A DNA stretch of 64,000 nucleotides from the NCBI GenBank assembly GCA_963712215.1, contig CAVQHA010000007.1:143583-207582 (forward strand). The letters run 5' to 3'. The notes below the pieces were generated by a model. It did no database searches. It was given only the letters and a program-made list of their open reading frames with translations, and had not been told where the DNA came from. Position 1 is the stretch's first letter. Every line of letters starts with the position of its first letter. Of this stretch, positions 31,390 through 40,381 are shown one piece after another. This DNA is from an uncultured Methanomicrobiales archaeon. Lineage in GTDB: Archaea; Halobacteriota; Methanomicrobia; Methanomicrobiales; JACTUA01. A program made the translations under genes and the position numbers.

Positions 31390-32605
31390 TCAGGCCCTCA
31401 TGGACTTCTGGATATCCTCGCCGGCAACCCGCCAGGCCGGGACATAACCGGCAACCACTGCGGCCCCGAACAGGATCAGGGAGTTTGTCAGCATGTCGAG
31501 GGGGGTCAGGTACATGGTCGCTGACCATTCCGGGGTCACGATGGGGTGGATGGACATGTACACAGCCAGCAGGGAGGTTATGGTGATCCCGATGATGATC
31601 CCGAACAGGGCCAGGATGATGACCTGGAGCCCATAGCTGTGCATGATAACCTCCTTCTGGACCCCGATGGCCTTGAGGATCCCGATCTGCTTCCTGCTGT
31701 TGATGGTCTTGATGGTGATGACGATGAAGAGCACCACGGTGGTGATGACGATGCTCACGATCAGCGAGACCAGGTTGATGATGGCAAAGCTCTGGAGGGC
31801 CCTCCCCATCCCCTTCGCGAGGAGGTCGCTCGTGGTCTGCACGTCCTGCGAGACGCCGTAGGACTGGAGCTCGTCCTTGATGTACTTCTCGGAGTAGCCC
31901 GGCTTGGCCTTCACCGTGATGTAATCGGCCCGGTCGAGGGCCTTCCCCTCCACGAGCTCCATGTCGGTCATGGTCGTGTACACCGTGCTGTCCGCCTGGC
32001 TCCAGCCCGTGAAGTAGATCCCCTTGACCCGGTAGTCCTTCGTGTAGCCGTTGCCGTACTCGATGGTGATGGGATCCCCGGTCCGCACCCCGCCAAGGGA
32101 GGGCTGGAACTCGTCCTCCTGGCGCACGGAGGCATCCCCTGCCACCGTCTGCCCGATCATGATCTCCCCGGTATCCCCGTCACCGAGGTAGGCCCCGGAG
32201 ATCATCTTCGTGTACAGGGGGAGACGTACTTCTCGTCCGAGGGTGAGATGGCCCGCACCCCGACGCTGAGGATCCGGTCCCTGAACTTCAGGGTCGCCCC
32301 CTTGGTGTAGTGGGGGGTCGCCCTCTCAACGCCGGGCATACTGTTGATCAGGGAAAGAACGGCATCGAGGTCGGTGATGTACTGGTCGCCCGCCCGGGGG
32401 CTGACCAGGACGTTTCCCACCTCATAGTCCACGAGCTGGCCGGTGATACTCTGCCCGATCCCATTGAAGAGACCGGGGAGGAAGATCATGTTCGTGAAAC
32501 AGAGAGCAATGATGATCACGGTCATCACCGTGCTCGTCCTGTTCCCCCTGATCGAGCGATCGCCACGCTAAAAAGAGGGCGACCTTCAGTCTCTTTCTTA
32601 CCCAT
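31390..32605 (-). CDS. FtsX/MacB-type ABC transporter permease, about 3 frameshifts
   Basis: N-terminus (MGKK)RLKVALFLAWRS-IRGNRTSTVMTVIIIALCF, a periplasmic domain, then a C-terminal FtsX region KQIGILKAIGVQK...AVVAGYVPAWRVAGEDIQKSMRA*. Junctions lie near 32590, 32555 and 32205. Confidence 0.8.
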
Positions 32606-33923
32606 GGAAGGGCCCCGTCACCGTTCTTCCTCGGGAGGTACCAGAACTTGTAGGCGACCGCCCCGATGCCGATGACAAGGAGGAGCGCGAGGATAAGGCC
32701 TCCCGACGAGTCGCCGGGGTCAACCCGGAGCGCCATCTGCTGGGAGACCGTGTGGGTCCCGAGGTCGTCGACGTAGGTGATGGACACGTTGTACGGGTAG
32801 GTCCCTCCCTTCCCCCCGTCGAGCATGAAGACCGCCGGCGCATCGTTCCCGGGCTTGACCTTCCCGATGAACGACTGCTTCGTACCGGTCATGGGGAGGT
32901 CGACGGTCGCTGCCACCTGCTTTGCATCGCCGGTACCGGTATTCTCGATCCTGATGGTGAGGTCGAACGGCTGGTTCTCGGCGATCCTGCGGGGGCTGGA
33001 GTCGACCGAGACGAACCCGAGCTCGCTCTTCCCCTTCATCATGACGTTCACCGAGGTCGACTGGGTCTGGGCCGAGCCGTCAATCCTCTTGTAGGTCAGG
33101 GTCACCGGGACCTGGATAAGACCGGGACTGGTCGTCTTGTCGGAGAGGAGGAGGACATCGACGGTCTTCTCCCCGCCGGCATCGATCGTCCCCAGGTGGT
33201 AGAGGTCCGTGTTCTCGGGTGCGACCGTGCCGCTGACGTTCCCGATCTTCATGGTGACATCCATGGCGTCGAGCATCCCATCGTTCCTGAGCGTCAGGGC
33301 CACGGGTATCTCGTCGCCCGGGTCCACGGTTCCGGGAACCGAGGAAGAGAGGATCATGACCTCCTGCTTCTGGATCCCGACCGGCGAGTTGACATTGACC
33401 GGAATGGGGTACTGCACGCTCGTACCCTCGGGTATACGGATCCAGACCTCGGGGAAGTACATTCCTTCATGGGACGGGGCCTGGATCAGGAAGGTGAGTT
33501 GAGGGACTGGCCCGGGCCGAGCGCACCAACCTGCTGGAAGTTCCCTTCCAGGACTTCAACCCCCTTCCCATAGAGGTAGACCGACTCGACGAGGACCGTG
33601 AGATCCTTTGTCGTCGTCGAGGTCGTGGTCCCTGATACGCCGTTCTGGACGGTCGATTCCGTCGAGGTCGCCGTCGAGGCGGTGTTCGCGAGGGTTATCG
33701 TGATCGTTCCCTGGTCGCCAGGGAGGAGAATGGCGGGGGTCACCTGGTAGTCGGTGATCGCCACCGTGGGATCTGTCGTGCTCGCCGCGACGGCGGGGGG
33801 GAACCCCGCAAGGAGGAGAAGGGCAATGCCCAGCCCGAAGAGCCCCATCCTGTTCAACGTCCACGCCTTCCGGGCCCGGGGGGCCCGTACCGATTCACCC
33901 GGCAGGTCCTGTCTTATCGCCAT
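32598..33923 (-). CDS. COG1361-type (S-layer-domain-like) surface protein with signal peptide and C-terminal TM anchor, 2 frameshifts
   Basis: Signal peptide MGLFGLGIALLLLAGFPPAVAA (an alternative start at 33848). Repeated beta-sandwich-like segments (PGDQGTITITLANT, PGDEIPVALTLRNDG, ENQPFDLTIRIENTG) precede the anchor GGLILALLLVIGIGAVAYKFWYL. Junctions lie near 33500 and 32615. The reconstructed stop at 32598 overlaps the permease ATG. Confidence 0.7.
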
Positions 33924-34082
33924 GAACTATCCTTCTCTGCATTTTCCCTGAGTTGGGGATGAGATCCGAAAAGAATCCGAATATTATTTTGAGAGCAGGG
34001 TATGTATACCTATCCCCGTCCCCGTGGCGGAGTGCCCGGGCCGATGCTCCGGTTTTTATCCTTGCCTGCATAAGGTTCCTGT

Positions 34083-34433
34083 ATGATAGATGAGATTCAC
34101 CAGTCACCCTCGAAGAACCCCGCGCTGAAGCAGCTGTTTACCTACGAACAACCGGCAAGAAGGCTCGAGCTCCTCGTCCGCATCCTCTACTGGATCCTCA
34201 TCGGGATCGTCCTCTGGGTGTACGGGCTCATCACCCTCATCTGCCTGGTGATCCAGTGGTTCGTCATCCTGATCCTTGGGCACAGGAACCAGGGGCTCTC
34301 CGATTTCGCCCGCGGGTACATGGAGTATTCGGTCCACGTGATGCCCTACATGTACATCATGACTGACAGGAGGCCGGACGTCATGCCGGTGAAGGTGCAG
34401 ATCTACGAGGAGATGGGGGAGGAGAAGACATAG
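34083..34433 (+). CDS. DUF4389-like small membrane protein
   Basis: Intact 116-aa ORF with two TM helices (RILYWILIGIVLWVYGLITLICLVIQWFVILILG). Confidence 0.55.
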   Translation: MIDEIHQSPSKNPALKQLFTYEQPARRLELLVRILYWILIGIVLWVYGLITLICLVIQWFVILILGHRNQGLSDFARGYMEYSVHVMPYMYIMTDRRPDVMPVKVQIYEEMGEEKT

Positions 34434-34510
34434 TCCCGAAGACAGTTCTCCGGAAGAACATTTTTTCACCGGGAATTCCTGAAACAAAAAGACAAAAATC
34501 GGATAATTCA

Positions 34511-34618
34511 GAGGCCGGGGCCGAGATTCGAACCCGGGTCGGGGGATCCACAGTCCCCTAGGATAACCAACTACCCCACCCCGGGAAATATACCCTTTTC
34601 GATTGGCCGGTGAATCTG
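34511..34618. repeat. Direct repeat L (tRNA-His plus ~33 nt of its 5-prime flank)
   Basis: Near-identical to 35530..35638. The differences are G/C at tRNA position 1 and CGATTGG versus CGTTTTGG in the flank. Confidence 0.9.
34513..34585 (-). tRNA. tRNA-His (anticodon GUG), copy 1, with a C1:C72 mismatch
   Basis: Identical to copy 2 except at position 1 (C instead of G), so the first acceptor pair is C:C. The anticodon loop is CT-GTG-GA. G-1 is not encoded, and the discriminator is C73. Confidence 0.75.
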
Positions 34619-34693
34619 GGGGAGGAGAAGTAAGGAGAATATTCTTTATTTTTATAAAAACAAATGAATATATATTACGACCACGTATAAATA

Positions 34694-35011
34694 TTGATGA
34701 TAAATCTCTTAGAAATATTAATCTCTCGCTTCCTAATGGACCTCTTTTATTCTCTACTTCTATCATTGTTTATTTTCGCAATTGGATTCCCAGGATTCCT
34801 CTTCTCGATAACCGAATCGCGGGAAGCGAATAAAAAATTTAAATTTACAGTTCTTCCAGCCCATCCTGAATTCTCACGCAAATTACCTAATTTTATTAGG
34901 AGATTCGGGTTTAAAATAAGAGATTATGCAGAAATTCTTTTTTATCTTGAGATTTTTCATTTGTATTATATTCTTCTCGGGTGGAATAATGCTAAAATAA
35001 TGCCTGAGTAG
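34694..35011 (+). CDS. Orphan small membrane protein in the AT-rich islet
   Basis: 105 aa with a hydrophobic N-terminal segment (LFYSLLLSLFIFAIGFPGFLF), a Lys/Arg/Phe-rich middle and AT-rich codon usage. The ATG is at 34697. Confidence 0.4.
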   Translation: MMINLLEILISRFLMDLFYSLLLSLFIFAIGFPGFLFSITESREANKKFKFTVLPAHPEFSRKLPNFIRRFGFKIRDYAEILFYLEIFHLYYILLGWNNAKIMPE

Positions 35012-35091
35012 AAGCTCATCAAGAACATAACGCCATCATAATTATTCCGGCGAAAAAAGCGAGAAAATATTTCTATGGTAATGGTATTGAT

Positions 35092-35499
35092 TTGTTGATC
35101 AAATATTTCGATAACGCATTTCCTTACAAAATTTATTTTTGTGATACAAAATTCAAATTAGAACAGGCAATATTGGATCCAAAGACTATTTGTTTATGGA
35201 TTTTTGGGCACGGCGATCATGGTGGAGTGAGTTGTGATGATGGATCGCTTATCTATGAAGATTTTATAAAATTTTGTAATACCTGTAGGATTTCTGTCCC
35301 TGAAAAAAAGTATATTTTCCAATTTCATTGCAATAATGGGCCTAAAATTTCACTGGCTGAATTATTATCTCACAATTGTGGGTTTGTAACAGATTTTAGT
35401 CATACCATGTTGATGAATCGGCAATTTATAATAAACATTATCGAATATTTCGAATACAAATGTGGATCTCATCCTTTTAAGAAATTATTCGATTTATAA
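35092..35499 (+). CDS. Orphan protein in the AT-rich islet with a His-Gly ... Cys dyad pattern (possible clan-CD-like Cys hydrolase)
   Basis: 135 aa with a TTG start. It contains ICLWIFGHGDHGG and, about 48 residues later, KYIFQFHCNNG, each after a hydrophobic strand. Confidence 0.4.
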   Translation: MLIKYFDNAFPYKIYFCDTKFKLEQAILDPKTICLWIFGHGDHGGVSCDDGSLIYEDFIKFCNTCRISVPEKKYIFQFHCNNGPKISLAELLSHNCGFVTDFSHTMLMNRQFIINIIEYFEYKCGSHPFKKLFDL

Positions 35500-35529
35500 T
35501 ACCATAGTTACGGATGACACTAAAATACT

Positions 35530-35638
35530 GAGGCCGGGGCCGAGATTCGAACCCGGGTCGGGGGATCCACAGTCCCCTAGGATAACCAACTACCCCACCC
35601 CGGCAAATATACCCTTTTCGTTTTGGCCGGTGAATCTG
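35530..35638. repeat. Direct repeat R (tRNA-His plus 5-prime flank)
   Basis: Partner of 34511..34618. Confidence 0.9.
35532..35604 (-). tRNA. tRNA-His (anticodon GUG), copy 2, canonical
   Basis: GCCGGGG-TG-GGGT-AGTTGGTTA-TCCT-A-GGGGA-CTGTGGA-TCCCC-CGA-CCGGG-TTCGAAT-CTCGG-CCCCGGC-C. G-1 is not encoded. Confidence 0.9.
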
Positions 35639-35801
35639 ATAATAATATCCCCCTCGCCCTTAGTTTCGCGCCCCTCGCCCTGAGTACCGCGCACCTCGCC
35701 CCGCGGGAACCCGCAGGAAGCAGGGGAATGGGCAGGTTTATGATGGTGTGAATAATAGTACCTTCACCTTTTCACCGAGGATACACGATGGAGGACGGAC
35801 C

Positions 35802-37587
35802 ATGGCAGCACTCCCACCCGCAGGCATCAGGACACCCATCGTCTGTGTCCTCGGCCACGTGGACCATGGGAAGACCTCCCTCCTCGACCGGATACGGGGC
35901 TCCTCGGTGGTCGACACCGAGGAGGGGGCGATCACCCAGCACATCGGTGCGACCCTCGTCCCCCTGGACGTCATCCGGACGATGAGCGGGACCCTCGGGG
36001 GTCTCGATATCCAGGTCCCCGGGCTCCTCTTCATCGATACTCCCGGCCACCACGCGTTCACGACCCTCCGGGCGAGGGGCGGGGCCCTCGCCGAGATGGC
36101 GATCCTCGTCGTCGATATCAACGAGGGGTTCCAGCCCCAGACCCTGGAGGCCCTCGAGATCCTCAGGAATGCGAAGACCCCTTTCGTCGTCGCCGCGACG
36201 AAGATCGACCGGATCCACGGCTGGCGGGTGAACGAGAACGAGCCATTCAGGGCCACCTTCGCGAAGCAGGGGGAGCGTTCGGCTTCCCTCCTGGAGCACA
36301 AGATCTACGAGATCGTGGGGAAGCTCTCCGAGCTCGGGTTTGCCTCCGAGCGGTACGACCGGATCAGCGACTTCCAGCGGAACATCGCCATCGTCCCGGT
36401 CTCCTCCCATACCGGCGAGGGGATCGCGGACCTCCTCATGGTCCTCATCGGGCTCGCCCAGCGCTTCCTGAAGCAGGACCTCGCCTTCCAGGCGAACAGC
36501 CCGGCCCGGGGTACTGTCCTCGAGGTGAAGGAGGAGCGGGGCCTCGGGATGACGCTCGACGTGATCCTCTACGACGGGACCCTCGCCGTGGGTGACGAGA
36601 TCATGCTCGCCACCGCCGACGATGTCGTCACGACGAAGGTGCGTTCCCTCCTCTCGCCGAGGCCGCTCCGGGAGATCCGTTTCGAGGACCGGTTCGACCG
36701 GGTGAAGTCGGTCGTCGCGGCCGCGGGGATCAAGGTCTCTGCCCCGAGCCTCGAGGCCGTCGTCGCCGGTTCCCCCCTCCTTGCCGTGCGGGGGAACCGG
36801 GAGGAGGTGGAGGCGAGCATCCGGCACGAGATGGAGGACATCAGGGTCGTCCTCTCGGACAACGGGATCACCATCAAGGCCGACACAATCGGGGCCCTCG
36901 AAGCCCTTTCCAAGGAGCTGGAGGGGAAGTCCATCGGGATCCTGCGGGCGGGCGTCGGGCCGGTCTCGCGGCACGACCTCGTCGAGGTGCAGACCGTCAC
37001 CGACCCGCTGACCTCGGTCCTCCTCTGCTTCAATACCCCAATCCTCCCCGACGCCCAGGAGCTCATCAAGGACCCCTCCTTCGCCCACGTGAAGGTCTTC
37101 GAGGCACGGGTCATCTACCAGCTCATCAACGAGTACCTGGAGTGGCGGGACGCCGAGATCCGGAAGAAGGAGGCCCAGCGGTTCGAGCAGGTGGTGCTCC
37201 CCGCCCGGATCCTGCTCCTCCCGAACTGCGTGTTCCGGCAGAGCAACCCCGCGGTCGTGGGGGTCCGGGTCCTCCTCGGGAAGCTCAGGAGCGGCGTGGA
37301 ACTCATCGACCGGAGCGGGCGCCGGATCGGCCATGTGAAGACGATGCAGAGCCGGCAGGAGACCATCCGCGAGGCCGATGCCGGCATGGAGGTGGCCATC
37401 TCCATCGAGGGGGCAACCGTGGGCCGGCAGGTGAACGTGAACGACGAGCCTCCTGGTGGAGATCCCCGAGCGGCATGTGAAGATCCTCGAGCACGAGATG
37501 TTCCCCCACCTCACGCCTTCCATGAGGGAGTGCCTCGAGGATTACACGATGGCAAAGCGGAAGGGCGACCCCTTCTGGGGGAAGTGA
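35802..37587 (+). CDS. infB: Translation initiation factor aIF5B (IF-2 homolog), one frameshift
   Basis: Starts MAALPPAGIRTPIVCVLGHVDHGKTSLLD, followed by DTPGHHAF and ATKIDR. The tail LLVEIPERHVKILEHEMF...AKRKGDPFWGK* lies in a second frame, with an extra C near 37449-37451. Confidence 0.92.
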
Positions 37588-37738
37588 ACCTCCTGATCTG
37601 TCCAGGGGAGAAGGTTCCTGATCCTGGCCCTTCTCCCTCGTTTCCTGCGCTCCCATCCGGCAGGGAACTGTGCGGCGGGCAGTATGTTTATGAACCCTCC
37701 CGGCTAATGATAAAGTCACTCCAAAGGCGGCAACACGA

Positions 37739-38176
37739 ATGGTGGATTTCAAGCTGGTTCTCTCGGATGGAAAGGACGGACGGGCCTACAACGTGGGCGT
37801 GAGCGGCGGGTCCGCGAACGCCTTTATCGGGAAGCGGATCGGGGAGGAGATCGACGGCGGGCAGGTCGGTCTCGGCGGATATAAGATGAAGATAACGGGC
37901 GGGTCCGACCGGAACGGCAACCCGATGCGGAAGGACCTCCCGGGCATGGCAAGAAAGAGGCTCCTCCTCTCGGGCGGGAGCGGGTTCCACCCCCGGCTCG
38001 AGGGCGAGCGCCGGCGGAAGATGGTGAGGGGCAGCGAGATCACCCCCGACTTCGTCCAGATCAACGCCTCCGTCACCGCGTACGGCGAGAAGCCCCTCGG
38101 CGAGTACTTCAAGAAGGGCGAGGAGAAGGCCGGGGAGAAGGGCGAAGAGAAGAAGACGAGACCTGCACGCAGGTAA
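37739..38176 (+). CDS. rps6e: 30S ribosomal protein S6e
   Basis: Intact 145-aa ORF (MVDFKLVLSDGKDGRAYNV...ITGGSDRNGNPMRKDLPG...RRKMVRGSEI). Confidence 0.93.
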   Translation: MVDFKLVLSDGKDGRAYNVGVSGGSANAFIGKRIGEEIDGGQVGLGGYKMKITGGSDRNGNPMRKDLPGMARKRLLLSGGSGFHPRLEGERRRKMVRGSEITPDFVQINASVTAYGEKPLGEYFKKGEEKAGEKGEEKKTRPARR

Positions 38177-38184
38177 ATCCGATC

Positions 38185-38656
38185 TCACGATATCTTTTTT
38201 CTTCAGCACTTCGACGGTGAGGCTCTCGCGGAGATCCTCAAAACCGACTTTATATCGCTTCGCCACGATCGCCGCCGCGGCCGGGAGGCGCAGGTTCCCG
38301 TCGAACCCCTCCCTGATGACCCGGTTCACCTCGGCCACCACCTCTGCGGGGGGGACCCCCCGGGCGGCGGCGATCCTCCCGACGAGTACCTGGGAGGCCT
38401 CATCGCTCTCGAAGATCCGCGAGTCCGGTTTGAACCCGACGGGGACCGTGATCGCAGAGAGGTCGAGGAGGGGCCTCACCCACCCGTCGGCGACCTCCAC
38501 CATCCCCGCGGCCTTCGCCTTCTCCAGGAGCTGGTTCGCCTGGTCGCGGCTCATCCACTTGCGGTCTATCGTGAGGTAGAAGATGAACTCCGACTTCTGG
38601 AGCTTCTCCTTCCTCGTGTGCTTGAAGGGGGCGGCGACGGTGACGGGGAGGCTCAC
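38185..38656 (-). CDS. DUF2240-family protein, 3-prime end uncertain
   Basis: GTG start at 38656, overlapping the upstream stop (GTGA). It reads SLPVTVAAPFKHTRKEKLQKSEFIFYLTIDRKWMSRDQANQLLEKAKAAGMV... The frame runs on antisense through rps6e. An indel in the A6 run near 38195 would give the end LKKKIS* at about 38185. Confidence 0.5.
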
Positions 38657-39077
38657 GAACAGGCACCCTTGATGAGGGTCTTGAACTCTTCGGCGTCCAT
38701 GGTCCCCTGCTGCCCCTCCTTCACGACGGTGCATTCGGACTGGGGGCCCTTGTCCTGGACCCTCATGAGGAAGATGTTCTCCCCGAGCGGGACCCTGCCC
38801 TTCGCCGCGAGGAGGATATCGTGGACGATGAACCGGAAATCGGCCATCTCGGTGACCGTCTCCTCGAAGGGGGGAGGGAGTCCACCATCTCGAAGGACAT
38901 CTTGTTCGTGGCGAGCAGGACGAGGATCTGCCTCTTCACGAGGTCCGTCCCCCGCCGGCTCGTCTGGTGGGTGTCGTGGAGCCTCCGGATGCAGCCGAGA
39001 ACCTCGGGGAAGGGGCGGTTCAGGTCGAAGTCGATGTCAAAGGTATTCGGGAACCGGTAATAGATTCTGCGCATCAA
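38653..39077 (-). CDS. Conserved hypothetical protein, one frameshift
   Basis: The fragments 38763..39077 (MRRIYYRFPNTFDIDFDLNRPFPEVLGCIRRLHD...) and 38653..38847 (..LPPPFEETVTEMADFRFIVHDILLAAKG...) join at the C/G run near 38876-38885. Confidence 0.5.
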
Positions 39078-39116
39078 GTAGGTATGGGCACCTGAGAGGG
39101 TAAAAAAGAATGGGTA

Positions 39117-39245
39117 AGGTTCACTCGATCAGGACCGCGTGCGCCCTCGTTCAGGACGAGGTCGCCGGGTCCTTACTCGATAAGGACCGCGTGGGCGTTC
39201 GTCGATACGAAGGCCTCGCGTTCTTATTCGATAAGAACAGCGTTC
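39117..39245 (-). repeat. Three ~52-nt tandem units: the rps8e stop-codon hairpin plus two degenerate downstream copies
   Basis: On the minus strand the real end is VVNAVLIE* (hairpin TTCTTAT-TCG-ATAAGAA). The copies read NAHAVLIE* (GGTCCTTA-CTCGA-TAAGGACC) and GAHAVLIE*. Confidence 0.75.
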
Positions 39246-39610
39246 ACGACGCCGTCCTGGGCCGGGCGGGAGACCACCCGTGCCTTGCCGAGCTCGGTCT
39301 TGATGACGGCCCCCTTCGTGAGGATATTCCGCCTCATGTAGTTCGGGTCCGCGTGGTTCTCGACGACCGTCTCGATCTTCGCCCTCTTCGTCACGCCGGT
39401 CGCGGGCGTCGAGATGTTCGCGTACTGGGTCCTTAAGGCCCGGACCTTGAGGTTCCCTCCCCTCGTCCGGATGAGCCTGGTCCGGCTCTCCCCGAGGGTC
39501 GTATCCGCGGGAGCCCGCCCTATCTCAAATCGTTTCTTCCGCCGGGAGATGCGGTAACGCTTGCCGCTCTCCCTCCGTACCGATCTACCTTGCCAGAGGA
39601 TGAGAACCAC
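39224..39610 (-). CDS. rps8e: 30S ribosomal protein S8e
   Basis: Intact 128-aa ORF (LWQGRSVRRESGKRYRISRRKKRFEIGRAPADT...). Confidence 0.92.
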   Translation of the reverse strand: MVLILWQGRSVRRESGKRYRISRRKKRFEIGRAPADTTLGESRTRLIRTRGGNLKVRALRTQYANISTPATGVTKRAKIETVVENHADPNYMRRNILTKGAVIKTELGKARVVSRPAQDGVVNAVLIE

Positions 39611-39679
39611 CCCGGTGAATCCCTGGATTCATCGTCAGGATTCATTAATATGGGGACGGAGATTATTAAACCCTTTGCT

Positions 39680-40327
39680 CTAGGAGAGGATGGCGTCGAG
39701 GAGTGGCCCGACCCCGTCGCCCGTCTTCAGGTTCGTCCGGAAGACCGGCATCCGGGGGTTGTACCGGTGCATGTCGGATTCCATCCGGTCCAGGTTCGCC
39801 CCCACGAGGGGGGCGAGGTCCACCTTGTTGATCACCCCGATGGTCCCGTCCCTGAAGATCATGGGGTGCTTGTTCACGACGTCGTCACCTTCCGTCGAGG
39901 AAACGATCACGATCCTTTTCTCCGCCCCCAGCCGGAAGTCCGTCGGGCAGACCATGTTCCCGACGTTCTCGATGAAGAGGAGGTCGATCTTGTCGAGGGG
40001 GAGACCCTCGATGGCATGCTCCACCAGGTGGGCGTCCAGGTGGCACTCCTTCCCCGTGTTCGCGTTCACCGCAGGGATCCCGAGGGCGACGATCCGCTGG
40101 TAGTCATCGTCTCCATAGACATCGCCAGCGATGGCCCCCGCCCGAAGGCCCCGCGCCGAGAGGAGGGGGACCATCCGCTCAATGAGAGCGGTCTTCCCCG
40201 AACCGATGGCACCGAGCAGATCGAAGGCCCGCACCCCGTGCCTCGCGAGGAGCGCCGCGTTCGCATCGGCGATGCGGTTGTTTGCCCCGTAGATGTCCTT
40301 CTCGATCTGGAGATCGATATGGTGCAT
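39680..40327 (-). CDS. hypB: Hydrogenase nickel-incorporation GTPase HypB
   Basis: Intact 215-aa ORF with GAIGSGKTALIE (P-loop), ENVGNMVCP and INKVDL. Confidence 0.9.
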   Translation of the reverse strand: MHHIDLQIEKDIYGANNRIADANAALLARHGVRAFDLLGAIGSGKTALIERMVPLLSARGLRAGAIAGDVYGDDDYQRIVALGIPAVNANTGKECHLDAHLVEHAIEGLPLDKIDLLFIENVGNMVCPTDFRLGAEKRIVIVSSTEGDDVVNKHPMIFRDGTIGVINKVDLAPLVGANLDRMESDMHRYNPRMPVFRTNLKTGDGVGPLLDAILS

Positions 40328-40381
40328 GGAGGAATATGGATCATGAACCTGTTTATAGGTTCACCGTCAATAGCTCGAGGG

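Larger units (their letters stand above)
34619..35529. mobile_element. AT-rich ~0.9 kb inserted islet bounded by duplicated tRNA-His genes (integration remnant?)
   Basis: Composition changes abruptly from the GC-rich background to long A/T runs exactly between the two direct repeats. The islet holds two orphan ORFs on the strand opposite to the tRNAs. No integrase or transposase is visible. Confidence 0.5.

Noticed and set aside
34619-35529. Calling the AT-rich islet a complete provirus, plasmid or IS element
   Set aside because: There is no integrase, transposase, replication gene or terminal inverted repeat, and the islet is only about 0.9 kb. It is reported only as a probable integration remnant or cargo cassette.
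35772-37523. Long antisense or alternative-frame ORFs. Examples: 35772..37523(-), 21578..22810(-), 426..1352(-), 482..1690(+), 9358..10461(-), 10754..11788(-), 49664..50809(-), 50965..52224(-), 61056..63029(-), 3373..4470(+)
   Set aside because: All overlap genes with clear homolog-like translations on the other strand or in another frame. Their own translations are dominated by R, P, G, D, E and H runs, with no recognisable motifs.
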